Shown here: piece after piece, positions 19,234 through 28,039 of the stretch
Position numbering within the stretch: the stretch's first letter is position 1
Layout of the letters: each line of letters starts with the position of its first letter
NCBI GenBank assembly: GCA_046160305.1
Contig: JBJXGX010000272.1
Location: 1 to 64,000, forward strand
DNA: 64,000 nucleotides
Source: Burkholderiales bacterium
GTDB lineage: Bacteria > Pseudomonadota > Gammaproteobacteria > Burkholderiales > SG8-39
Reading direction: 5' to 3'
Position numbers and translations under genes: made by a program
The notes under the pieces: model-generated
Told to the model about the DNA's origin: nothing
Database searches by the model: none
Seen by the model: the letters and a program-made list of their open reading frames with translations, nothing else

Positions 19234-19734
19234 CTAAGTTCGTTCGGCCATTGCGCCAGGCGCGATCGACGGTGCGGATCCGCTCGCGAGAACGCTCTTC
19301 AGCAACCAGTAGAGAATACAGAACAGCCCGGTCAAGATCAGCAAGGCGATCAACGCGATCAGGCGCTTGCCGAAGGTGGCGTCCAACACATAGCCGGGCT
19401 GCAGCAGATGCACTGCCAGGAGCTGCACCACCTGTAGCGCCGCACTCGCGCTCAGCAGGATGGCGGTGAAGGTCGAACCGGTGAGCGAACTCTGCACCAT
19501 ACGCTCGACGCTTCGCTGCCGCACGATGTGCAGGCGGTAGGCGCGCCAGTGGAACCAGCAAAAACCGATGATGCCGATGATCACGCCGGCCCAGAAAATG
19601 GCATTGCTGTAGCTGAGGCCGTGCACGACGAGGTTGAACAACTCGCCGAACGGCTCATAGAAATACAGAAAGACCAGCACGAAGATGTAAATCAGCAGAC
19701 CCACCAGGGTCCAAAACCATTGCCAAGTGTTCAT
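19234..19734 (-). CDS. hypothetical 4-TM membrane protein (paralog of 4013..4558)
   Basis: 166 aa. Contains FLYFYEPF...IFWAG...HWRAYR. Co-oriented with, and immediately upstream of, the SBP gene. Confidence 0.6.
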   Translation of the reverse strand: MNTWQWFWTLVGLLIYIFVLVFLYFYEPFGELFNLVVHGLSYSNAIFWAGVIIGIIGFCWFHWRAYRLHIVRQRSVERMVQSSLTGSTFTAILLSASAALQVVQLLAVHLLQPGYVLDATFGKRLIALIALLILTGLFCILYWLLKSVLASGSAPSIAPGAMAERT

Positions 19735-19771
19735 GATCGTTCCTACTCGCTCCTTGTTTCCGCGTTTGGCA

Positions 19772-20869
19772 TCATGTGACCGCCACCGGCCGCCCGGCGA
19801 TCAGGAAAATGACATACAGGATAATGAACACCAGATCCTTGGTGGTGCCGGCACCTTGGTTGGCATTGTCCCGATCGGCGATCAAGACGATCACCTCCAG
19901 TACGAAGAACACCAGCGCAAGGATGAAGAACGGCCAGATGGTACCCCACCAGGAAACGGGCTCGGCCATCACGACGCCATGCGCATTGCGCCAGATCAGG
20001 AGCAAGAGCGGCAGCAGGACCAGCCACGCATTCGCGAACAGGAAACGCAGACGCCATGTCTTGCGGTCCACGAGCCAGAGTACCAGCAGCAAACCCACGA
20101 CATGCAAGAAATCCCAGAACATGGCGCGATAGGACTCTCCAGCCCCTTCCATCGCGCCCACCGATAACAGGTTCAAGTAACCGAACAGGTACAGCACGAG
20201 GAGCGCATCGCAATAGAGCCATTCGCGAAAGGTCTCGCCCGGTGGCTTGACGTGCCAAACGCGACTTGCCTTGTCCAGCATCATCACCAGCGCGATGATA
20301 AATCCGGCGGGATACATCAGGTGCAGCATCATCTGGTACTGCTGCGCGTACGGCACCGACGACCCGTTCACGATGAGGTAGGCGATGCCAAAGCCGAGCA
20401 GCCCAAGCAAGCGGGTCGCCGAGGGCGTTTCGTGGCTGGCTTTGGCGCTCTCCACGGGCGCCGGCGCGGCGGCAGTGGTCGCATGGCTCGCTGGTCCGAT
20501 GGCGACCGGGTTGCTGCTCTGGGGGTCCGAGCGCCAGAACATCGCGACCAGAAAGAGGATCAGCCCGGCGGCACCGATGATCATCATCACGACGAAGAAC
20601 AGCAGGCCGCGAGAACTGCTTTCGCCGTCCCTGGCGGCGCCCGCGATGCTGGTCCAGAGTCCGAATTGCCAGAGCACCAAGACGGCGCAAATGAGCACTG
20701 CCAGCAACGCCAGAAGCAACGCGACCCACCGCGGCCGATCGCGCACCGCGCGGCCCATGGCATGCACGCCCGGCGTCTGGCGCGAAACAAGAATGATCAA
20801 GAACACAACCAGACCAAGGATGCCGATGGCCGCCATGACTTCCACGAAAGCGACTGCTCTGCTGTCCAC
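19772..20869 (-). CDS. hypothetical polytopic membrane protein
   Basis: 365 aa with about 10 predicted TM segments and high GC3. GTG start. The overlapping 404-aa ORF in the other frame is rejected as low-complexity. Confidence 0.5.
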   Translation of the reverse strand: MDSRAVAFVEVMAAIGILGLVVFLIILVSRQTPGVHAMGRAVRDRPRWVALLLALLAVLICAVLVLWQFGLWTSIAGAARDGESSSRGLLFFVVMMIIGAAGLILFLVAMFWRSDPQSSNPVAIGPASHATTAAAPAPVESAKASHETPSATRLLGLLGFGIAYLIVNGSSVPYAQQYQMMLHLMYPAGFIIALVMMLDKASRVWHVKPPGETFREWLYCDALLVLYLFGYLNLLSVGAMEGAGESYRAMFWDFLHVVGLLLVLWLVDRKTWRLRFLFANAWLVLLPLLLLIWRNAHGVVMAEPVSWWGTIWPFFILALVFFVLEVIVLIADRDNANQGAGTTKDLVFIILYVIFLIAGRPVAVT

Positions 20870-20955
20870 GCGTCTCCCCTTGGCGCCCCGGACCGAGGCA
20901 AGAACCTGCTTTGGCGACTATGATACTTGCGCGGCAATCATGGGAGGGGACGAAC

Positions 20956-21642
20956 ATGAGCGATTCATCGGATGCGACTTATCAGCAACGCACGTATGGC
21001 GCCCGCGAAATAGGCTACGGTCAAAAGCCCGGCATCGCGGTGGTGGACTTTCAACTCGCCTTCACCGATCCGAAGTATCCGCTGGGCGGGGCGCCGATGA
21101 TCGAACGGGCGGTCAACAATACCGCACGCCTGCTGCGGGTGGCGCGGCGCTGCGGCGTGCCGATCGCCACCTGCTACACCGCCTATACCTCCAAAGAAGA
21201 CATGCCCTACTGGAAGATCGGGGCGCTCGAGGACCAGTTGATCCACGGCCACCCCGCCACCGAATTGGATCCGCGCATCTACGATCCCGGGTACGACGTG
21301 CGCCTCTGCAAAACGGGTGCATCGATCTTTTTCCAGACCCCCATCGTCGCGTACATGGTGCGCCAACAGGTGGATACGATGATAGTCGTGGGCTGTGTCA
21401 CGTCCGGTTGCGTGCGCGCATCGATCATCGACAGTTTCCAGAATGGTTTTCGCACGATCGTTCCGGAGGACGCCGTGGGCGATCAGAATGAGCGGCCGCA
21501 CCATGACAATCTGCGCGACGTCGGCCGGCGCTATTGCGACATCACCGACACCGACAGCGTGATCGCGTGGATCGAAGCTTGGCACGCACGCAAGGAACCG
21601 CTCGGCAAGCGATCGAACGTTCAGGCAAGGGCAGGCACATGA
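20956..21642 (+). CDS. isochorismatase-fold cysteine hydrolase (N-carbamoylsarcosine amidase-like)
   Basis: ATG at 20956 with GGGAGGGGA RBS. Contains GIAVVDFQ, the conserved catalytic Lys region and VVGCVTSGCVRAS (catalytic Cys). Its stop overlaps the hyuA start (ATGA). Confidence 0.75.
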   Translation: MSDSSDATYQQRTYGAREIGYGQKPGIAVVDFQLAFTDPKYPLGGAPMIERAVNNTARLLRVARRCGVPIATCYTAYTSKEDMPYWKIGALEDQLIHGHPATELDPRIYDPGYDVRLCKTGASIFFQTPIVAYMVRQQVDTMIVVGCVTSGCVRASIIDSFQNGFRTIVPEDAVGDQNERPHHDNLRDVGRRYCDITDTDSVIAWIEAWHARKEPLGKRSNVQARAGT

Positions 21643-24212
21643 GCAGCGATCGAGACAGCGTCAAGAACTGGTTCGACGAGCAGCTCAAGGCGCTGAAGGA
21701 TGAGCTTGATCACCTGGGCGGCGGCGAGGCTCGCAGCAACCGACGCGCGCCGGGCGAATCGATACGGTCCCGATCAGGGTCCAATGGGGCCGCACCGAAT
21801 GGGTCGGGGCCGAATGGGTCCGCACCGAATGGGAACGCGCTCAATGGTGGGTCGCCAAGAGTCGCGCCTACGCCCGTGCCGAAACCGCCGGTCATCGCGC
21901 CGGCACCCAAGGTTGCGCCGCCGATGGTGGGCCGACCGTTCCAGCCCGCGCCGACACAGCGCGACAGGGCGCAACCTTACGCGCCCGTCGCTCGTCCCTC
22001 GACCGCGTTGCCGGCTGCTCGCGAAGCGCAAGCGCCCGTCGCGCGTGAGGCGCGACTACCACCCCCTTCACCCACGGCGCCTGCGCCGACGCGCCCCGCG
22101 ACACGATCCGCACCGCCATTGCCCAGCGAGCTGCCGCGTCGCGCCCGCGAGTCCGCCGGCGGTTGGATACTGGGCGTCGACGTGGGCGGCACGTTCACCG
22201 ACTTGCTACTCATTGAAGAGGCCACCGGGCGGACCTTCTCCGCCAAGGTGCCCTCCACGCCCGAGGATTCTTCGGTCGGCGTGCTCCAGGGTATCGAAAA
22301 AGTCTGCGCGGTCGCTGGCATCGATCCGACCGCCATCGGTCAGGTAATGCACGGCACCACCGTAGCAACGAATACGGTGTTGACCAACTCCGGGGCGCGG
22401 GTCGGCCTGGTGACCACCAAGGGATACAAACAGACGCTGCAGATCGCGCGTTCCTATGTGCCCGGTGGCTTGGGCGGCTGGGTGATCTTCAACAAGACCG
22501 ATCCGCTGGCGCCGCTCGAATTGACGATCGAGGCCGACGAACGCATGGATGCCAAGGGCGAGATCGTCCAGCCACTCGATGAAGCCAAGCTGCGCACCGA
22601 TCTCGCAAAGCTCGCGGGGGAAGGCATCGAGGCGCTGACCGTATCGTTGATGAATGCGTATACCAATGGCATTCACGAACAGAAAATCCGCGTGATCGCC
22701 GAACAGATGCTGCCCGGCGTGCCGGTGTCGATCTCGTCGGAAATCGTGCCGGAAATGTACGAGTACGAGCGCACCGAGACCACGGTCGTCAACTCGTACA
22801 TCCGTCCGGTCGTCTCCAAGTACATCGAAAATCTGTACAACGAACTGAATCGGCGCATGCGTGGCGTGCAGTTGCACATTCTGCGCTCGGACGGCGGCCT
22901 GTCCTCGGAGGCGGCGGCCAAGGCGATGCCGGTGAACCTGCTGATGAGCGGCCCGGCGGGTGGTGTGTCCGGCGCCATCTGGACAGCCAAGCAAGCCGGC
23001 TTCAAGAACATGCTGACATTCGATATGGGCGGCACGTCCACCGACGTGGCGCTCATTCAGGACGGTGTCGCGCAGACCCGCCGTGAAACGCGCGTCGCCC
23101 ATGTGACCGTGCGGGCCCCGTCGGTGGACGTGCGCACGGTCGGCGCAGGCGGTGGATCGATCGCCTACGTGCCTGAGCTTACCAAGGCGTTGCGGGTCGG
23201 CCCGCAAAGCGCCGGTGCCAAACCCGGGCCTGCCGCCTATGGCAAAGGCGGCGTGAAGCCGACCGTCACCGACGCCAACGTCGTTCTCGGCTACCTGCCT
23301 TCGTCGTCGCGGCTGGGTGGCGAGATGCGCCTGGACTACGCCTCCGCCGAAAAAGCCATCAAGACCATCGCCGATGCGCTCGGCCTGCCACTCAAGGAAG
23401 CCGCCGAAGGCATCGTCAAGATCGTCAACGAGAACATGTTCGGCGCGCTGCGGCTGGTGTCGGTGGAACAGGGCTTCGATCCGCGCGACTTCGCGCTGAT
23501 CGGTTTCGGCGGTGCGGGACCGCTGCACGCCAACGCGCTCGGCAAACTGATGAGTTCCTGGCCGGTGATCATTCCGCCCGGGCCGGGCGTGTTGTGTGCC
23601 TATGGCGATGCGACGACGCGGGTTCGCAACGAGGCGTCGCGAACGTTCGTGCGCCGGTTCGACGACACCAACGACAGCGAAGTGCTCGGCATTCTGCGCG
23701 ATCTGGAGGCCTCCGCGGTGCAGGCGCTGGACGACGAAGGCGTGCCACGCAGCGAGCAGACGGCGCAGTATCAGGTCGATCTGCGTTACGCCGGCCAGGG
23801 AATGCGGCTCACGGTGAACATGAGCCCGGAGGATTTCTCTACCCGCGGCCTCGCCGAACTCGGCCGCCGGTTCGACGACTTGCACGAGCAGTTGTTCACC
23901 TTCCGGCTCGATACGCAGCGCGAGCTGTACAACCTTCGGGTGGTGGTGCAGGGACGCGAGAACGAGGCACGCGCCGTTCAGTTGCCGAGGGGCAACGGCG
24001 ACGCATCCGGCGCTGTGCAAGAACAGACGACGATCTTCTTCGAGGGGCGTGATCATCCGGCGCGCGTCTACAACCGCGCGCTCCTCAAAGTAGGTGATCG
24101 CATCGCCGGACCCGCGATCGTCATCGAGATGGACGCCACCTCGCTGATCCTGCCCGAGCACGTCGGCGAAGTCGACACGGTGGGCAACATTCTGATTCGT
24201 CCGGCGAAATAA
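21639..24212 (+). CDS. hyuA: hydantoinase A subunit carrying an approximately 200-aa N-terminal extension (coiled-coil plus Asn/Gly/Pro-rich linker)
   Basis: The ATG at 21639 overlaps the upstream stop. The extension is MSSDRDSVKNWFDEQLKALKDELDHL, then SNGAAPNGSGPNGSAPNGNALNGG, then a Pro/Ala-rich stretch. The HyuA core starts at GGWILGVDVGGTFTD. Confidence 0.8.
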   Translation: MSSDRDSVKNWFDEQLKALKDELDHLGGGEARSNRRAPGESIRSRSGSNGAAPNGSGPNGSAPNGNALNGGSPRVAPTPVPKPPVIAPAPKVAPPMVGRPFQPAPTQRDRAQPYAPVARPSTALPAAREAQAPVAREARLPPPSPTAPAPTRPATRSAPPLPSELPRRARESAGGWILGVDVGGTFTDLLLIEEATGRTFSAKVPSTPEDSSVGVLQGIEKVCAVAGIDPTAIGQVMHGTTVATNTVLTNSGARVGLVTTKGYKQTLQIARSYVPGGLGGWVIFNKTDPLAPLELTIEADERMDAKGEIVQPLDEAKLRTDLAKLAGEGIEALTVSLMNAYTNGIHEQKIRVIAEQMLPGVPVSISSEIVPEMYEYERTETTVVNSYIRPVVSKYIENLYNELNRRMRGVQLHILRSDGGLSSEAAAKAMPVNLLMSGPAGGVSGAIWTAKQAGFKNMLTFDMGGTSTDVALIQDGVAQTRRETRVAHVTVRAPSVDVRTVGAGGGSIAYVPELTKALRVGPQSAGAKPGPAAYGKGGVKPTVTDANVVLGYLPSSSRLGGEMRLDYASAEKAIKTIADALGLPLKEAAEGIVKIVNENMFGALRLVSVEQGFDPRDFALIGFGGAGPLHANALGKLMSSWPVIIPPGPGVLCAYGDATTRVRNEASRTFVRRFDDTNDSEVLGILRDLEASAVQALDDEGVPRSEQTAQYQVDLRYAGQGMRLTVNMSPEDFSTRGLAELGRRFDDLHEQLFTFRLDTQRELYNLRVVVQGRENEARAVQLPRGNGDASGAVQEQTTIFFEGRDHPARVYNRALLKVGDRIAGPAIVIEMDATSLILPEHVGEVDTVGNILIRPAK
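21775..21855 (+). repeat. imperfect in-frame tandem repeats encoding (A/S)PNG(S/N)G units
   Basis: Repeated ccgaatggg(tc) units. Lies inside the hyuA N-terminal extension. Confidence 0.5.
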
Positions 24213-24237
24213 ACGACGTTCGCACAAGGAACACACG

Positions 24238-26133
24238 ATGCCTGCAACCATCATCCAGTCCAACACCCGGCCGTTCGACAAGGTCGATGTCGACCCGATC
24301 ACGCTCGACATCATCGAGAACGCACTGAAGAACGCGCGCACCGAGATGGACGCTGTGCTGTTCCGCACCGCGATGTCCCCGGGCATCCGCGAGCAACACG
24401 ATGCGTTTCCGATGATCGCCAATCCGGAAGGCAAGATGGTCGTGGGCCAATTCGGCTCATTCTTCTCCGGGTTCATCGCCGGTTACCAGGGCGATATCGA
24501 AGAAGGCGACATCTTCCTCACCAACGACCCGTACGGCTGCAACGGCGCGGTGAGCCATTTGAACGACTGGCTCACCTTGATGCCGATCTACATCGACGGG
24601 CGCATCGTCGCCTGGGGAGCGATGTTCGGCCACATGACCGACATCGGCGGCAAAGTGCCGGGCAGCCTGCCCACCGATGCGGCCCAGATATTCGAGGAAG
24701 GCATCCAGATCCCGCCGATCAAGATCTACCGCAAGGGACAACTGAACCAGGAAGTCCTGACCCTGATCCTGCGCAATTGCCGGCTGCCCGAGTGGAACAA
24801 ATCGGACTTCAACGCGATCGTCGCCGCTCTGCGCATGGCCGAGCGGCGCATCCGCGAGATGGCCGAGCGTTTCGGCGTCGATCAGCTCGTCTGCGGCATG
24901 CAAGAGATGCTCGAACGCAACAAGAAAGCGATGAGAGCGATCCTGAAGAACGTCGTGCCGGAGAAAAAACAGTATTTCGAGGACTACATCGACGATGACG
25001 GCATGGGCATGGGCCCGTACAAGATTGCGTGCCACCTCTGGCGGGAAGGCGATCGGGTCATCTTCGATTTCGCGGGCACCGATCCGCAATCGATCAGCTC
25101 GGTGAACTTCCTCTTGAACGAGGAAATGTTCAAGATGTTCCTCGGCTCGTTCTTCATCAACATCTTCGATCCGCAGATTCTGTTCAACGACGGCTTCTAC
25201 GATCTGGTCGATGTGCGCATTCCGCGCGGCTCGATCTTGAAGCCGATCCGGCCCGCGGCGTTGAGCTCGCGCACGCACATGTTGGCCCGCATCTTCGACA
25301 TCATGAGCGGGCTCCTGGGCCAGGGCTCGCCCGATGCGTTGTGTGCCGCCGGATTTTCGGATAGCCCGCACTTCATGTACTCCGGCTACAACCGGCAGGG
25401 CGAGTGGTACCAGCTCTATCAGATCGGCTTCGGCGGCGTTCCGGGCCGCCCGGCCGGTGACGGGCCGGATGGTCATTCCCTATGGCCGGCGTTCACCAAC
25501 GTGCCGAACGAGTTCCTCGAGGCGTACTTTCCGCTGCGCATCGTCAAGTACGAAACGATCACCGATTCGGGCGGACCCGGCTTGCACCGTGGCGGCAACG
25601 GCTTGTCGATGGGGTATCAGTTCCTGGAGCCTGGCGAGATCTCCATTCACGATGATCGTTGGTTGACGCACCCGTGGGGCGTGAACGGCGGGTTGCCGGG
25701 ACAGCGCAGCGACAAGCTCATGGTGCGCGCCGACGGTTCCAAGCAATGGATGGAATCAAAGTGTGATCGCATCAAGGTGGCCGCCGGCGATACCTTGTAT
25801 TTCAACACCTGGGGTGGCGGGGGTTGGGGTGATCCGCTCAAACGCGAGGCCAAGAAGATCGCGCTGGATGTGCGGCGCGGACTGGTAAGCGCGGAAGGTG
25901 CGAAGCGCTATGGCGTCGTGCTCAAGGCCGACTTATCCGTCGATCAGCGCGCGACCGACGATTTGCGCGCGCGCGTGGCAGCCGCGCGCGGTACGGTGGA
26001 ATTGTTCAACCGCGGCGGTACTGTCGAGGAACTCAAGGCGCGCTGCAAGGCCGATACGCATCTCGACCCGCCGCGCACGCCGGTTTTCCAGAAGTGGATG
26101 GGACGCCGGGACGCGCCGGTCACGGCCAAGTAG
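24238..26133 (+). CDS. hyuB: hydantoinase B/oxoprolinase family subunit
   Basis: 631 aa. AAGGA RBS. Typical HyuB N-terminus (DPITLDIIENALKNARTEMD). Confidence 0.85.
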   Translation: MPATIIQSNTRPFDKVDVDPITLDIIENALKNARTEMDAVLFRTAMSPGIREQHDAFPMIANPEGKMVVGQFGSFFSGFIAGYQGDIEEGDIFLTNDPYGCNGAVSHLNDWLTLMPIYIDGRIVAWGAMFGHMTDIGGKVPGSLPTDAAQIFEEGIQIPPIKIYRKGQLNQEVLTLILRNCRLPEWNKSDFNAIVAALRMAERRIREMAERFGVDQLVCGMQEMLERNKKAMRAILKNVVPEKKQYFEDYIDDDGMGMGPYKIACHLWREGDRVIFDFAGTDPQSISSVNFLLNEEMFKMFLGSFFINIFDPQILFNDGFYDLVDVRIPRGSILKPIRPAALSSRTHMLARIFDIMSGLLGQGSPDALCAAGFSDSPHFMYSGYNRQGEWYQLYQIGFGGVPGRPAGDGPDGHSLWPAFTNVPNEFLEAYFPLRIVKYETITDSGGPGLHRGGNGLSMGYQFLEPGEISIHDDRWLTHPWGVNGGLPGQRSDKLMVRADGSKQWMESKCDRIKVAAGDTLYFNTWGGGGWGDPLKREAKKIALDVRRGLVSAEGAKRYGVVLKADLSVDQRATDDLRARVAAARGTVELFNRGGTVEELKARCKADTHLDPPRTPVFQKWMGRRDAPVTAK

Positions 26134-26141
26134 GTACGCGA

Positions 26142-26837
26142 TCAGCCCTTGGCGGCCATGATGCCCTTCAAGTCGATGTCGAACGTATCGTTGATGATTC
26201 TCGCGATCTGGTCGTAGACGCAGCCCACGCGAACGGTTTCGAAGTTGCGCAGATCGACGATCGTGCTGCCCAACCCCTTGTCGTTGTGATAGGGCACCAA
26301 GCCGTAGTCGATTTCGATATCGGCGATCTTGCGCACCTGCGCCTGCACCTCGTGCAAGACGAACTTGCTTCCTGAAAGCGATACGTTCGCCGACGAGCCC
26401 GACACACCATAGGCGTTCTCGCGCGCCAGGCGCGCGATCTCGTCATGCAACGGACCGGCGTTCAAGAGCACGTCCATCGTCCCAGCCTTGGTGGCATTTT
26501 TCAGTGTGAACGGCGGCAGGCCTGCGGCCAACGGATGCTCGGCGCGGAACGGCGCGACGACCGAGAACGGTAAATCATGATCCTGGGTGATGGTACGCAC
26601 CACCTCGCGCGCCCGGTCCGAGACCCGTAGCAACTCATTGAAGAGCTGCCAGTCGCCGAAGTTGCCGCACGGCTTTTCAAAGGACCGCTCCTTGGCCGCA
26701 TAGATGCGCCGAATCGCTTCGTCCTCGTGCCCGACGATCGCATAGCCAACGCTCACGGGAAAAATCGCCACCCCGCCCTTGCGTACGACATCGAAAATCC
26801 GTGCGGCATCCTCTTTGATCGGTTGTCCCTCGAACAT
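26142..26837 (-). CDS. YrdC/Sua5-domain (L-threonylcarbamoyladenylate synthase-like) protein
   Basis: Start chosen at MFEGQPIKED (GGAG RBS). Contains the GGVAIFPVSVGYAI motif, resembling the YrdC GG(V/I)...TDT.YG block. About 232 aa. Confidence 0.65.
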   Translation of the reverse strand: MFEGQPIKEDAARIFDVVRKGGVAIFPVSVGYAIVGHEDEAIRRIYAAKERSFEKPCGNFGDWQLFNELLRVSDRAREVVRTITQDHDLPFSVVAPFRAEHPLAAGLPPFTLKNATKAGTMDVLLNAGPLHDEIARLARENAYGVSGSSANVSLSGSKFVLHEVQAQVRKIADIEIDYGLVPYHNDKGLGSTIVDLRNFETVRVGCVYDQIARIINDTFDIDLKGIMAAKG

Positions 26838-27033
26838 TCTCGGCAGCTCCGTGCGTAGTTGAAGGTTGCGACGGCGGTCGTTCTCAGCGTACGCAGCGCC
26901 TTGCTTCGAGTCAACCTGCCGGCACCTGAGCGACTGATCGTCCGAACGCGTGGACCAATCGACACCGGATGGCGAACACATTGATGGATCTATCGATCCG
27001 ACACTTGCGCGACGCGCATCGCGCGTTCGCCAA

Positions 27034-27459
27034 CTACTTTACCGGCATCCAGGGATTGAGGATCGATACACCCGTCGACCTGAAGTCCGTGACGTTACGC
27101 GTGACCACCGTCATGCCATGTACCAACGCGGTCGCGGCGATCAGAGCGTCGCGCAACGGCCGTGGATCTGGCACGTGAAGACGCGCGCCCCGACGCACGA
27201 CGCTCAAGTCGATCGGCAGGATTCGGCCTTCGAACGCTGGGACTACTTGCTCATCAAGCCAGCGCCGCAACCTGACGCCTTGCCTCGCGTCGCGGCGTTC
27301 GACGTGTAGTACGCCGATATCCAATTCGTGGAACGTGATAACCGAGATATACAAGTCTTCGGCATCGGCGCGGTCGGCCCAGGCAGCGACGTTCGCATCA
27401 GCCTTGCCGTGACGTACTCTACGGAGTTCCGAAACGACGTTCGTGTCGAGCACGAACAT
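27034..27459 (-). CDS. vapC: type II toxin VapC (PIN-domain ribonuclease)
   Basis: MFVLDTNVVSEL N-terminus and conserved acidic residues. 141 aa. The start overlaps the antitoxin stop. Confidence 0.8.
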   Translation of the reverse strand: MFVLDTNVVSELRRVRHGKADANVAAWADRADAEDLYISVITFHELDIGVLHVERRDARQGVRLRRWLDEQVVPAFEGRILPIDLSVVRRGARLHVPDPRPLRDALIAATALVHGMTVVTRNVTDFRSTGVSILNPWMPVK

Positions 27460-27713
27460 CAGGACAAGTCCGCGGCACGCGCCAGGTCTTTCAGCTTCGG
27501 GGCCCTGAATGCGGCGTCTTTCCCTTTCGGCATCGCGAGCAAATCGGCGATCTTCGTGCGCTTGCCCGTGAGCTTCTTGTACTCCGAGAAAGTGATGAGG
27601 ACATGGGACGGCCGACCACGATCGGTGATGATTACCGGTCCGGACGCCGCAGCACTCTTCGCCTTGCTCGCGTCCTGATTGAATTCTCGGCTAGTGAGCG
27701 TCGTAATCGGCAT
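27459..27713 (-). CDS. type II antitoxin (Phd/YefM-like) partner of VapC
   Basis: 84 aa. Contains ITTLTSREFNQDASK...VIITDRGRPSHVLITFSEYKKL. Confidence 0.7.
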   Translation of the reverse strand: MPITTLTSREFNQDASKAKSAAASGPVIITDRGRPSHVLITFSEYKKLTGKRTKIADLLAMPKGKDAAFRAPKLKDLARAADLS

Positions 27714-27874
27714 TGCCCGACCCCGAAAGGCGTGAAAGTAGGTGCGTTACTACATTCACTGAAGAGATGTCGACGGCTGTCTTGCTAAGGAACGCGGACT
27801 GTTGTTGCTGATCCTCGAATAGATTCACACCTGAGCCGAATGGCACTTACTTAAGCTTGTTTATGCTCAAGCCT

Positions 27875-27982
27875 CCGTTCGCCCTGAGCCTGTCGAAGGG
27901 TAACGCAGGCGTGCCGACAGCGCGCGATGGTTCGCGCACCGACCCTCCTTCATTCACCCTTCGACAGGCTCAGGGCGAACGG
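27875..27982. repeat. perfect 27-bp inverted repeat with 54-nt spacer (MITE-like / large hairpin)
   Basis: The arm ccgttcgccctgagcctgtcgaagggt (27875-27901) is exactly reverse-complemented at 27956-27982. The spacer contains a nested GCGCGA-N4-TCGCGC hairpin. Confidence 0.7.
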
Positions 27983-28039
27983 TCAATCTGCTAAGAGAGT
28001 GTGACTGGCAGTTTTCGCTATCGGGGCCGGCCGTACAGG

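Noticed and set aside
19743-20957. 404-aa minus-strand ORF in the alternative frame of the 365-aa membrane protein
   Set aside because: Arg/Gly/His-rich with no hydrophobic periodicity. The 19772..20869 frame gives a coherent polytopic membrane protein.
22206-24476. 756-aa minus-strand ORF antisense to hyuA/hyuB
   Set aside because: GC-induced antisense ORF. The sense strand encodes well-recognised hydantoinase domains.
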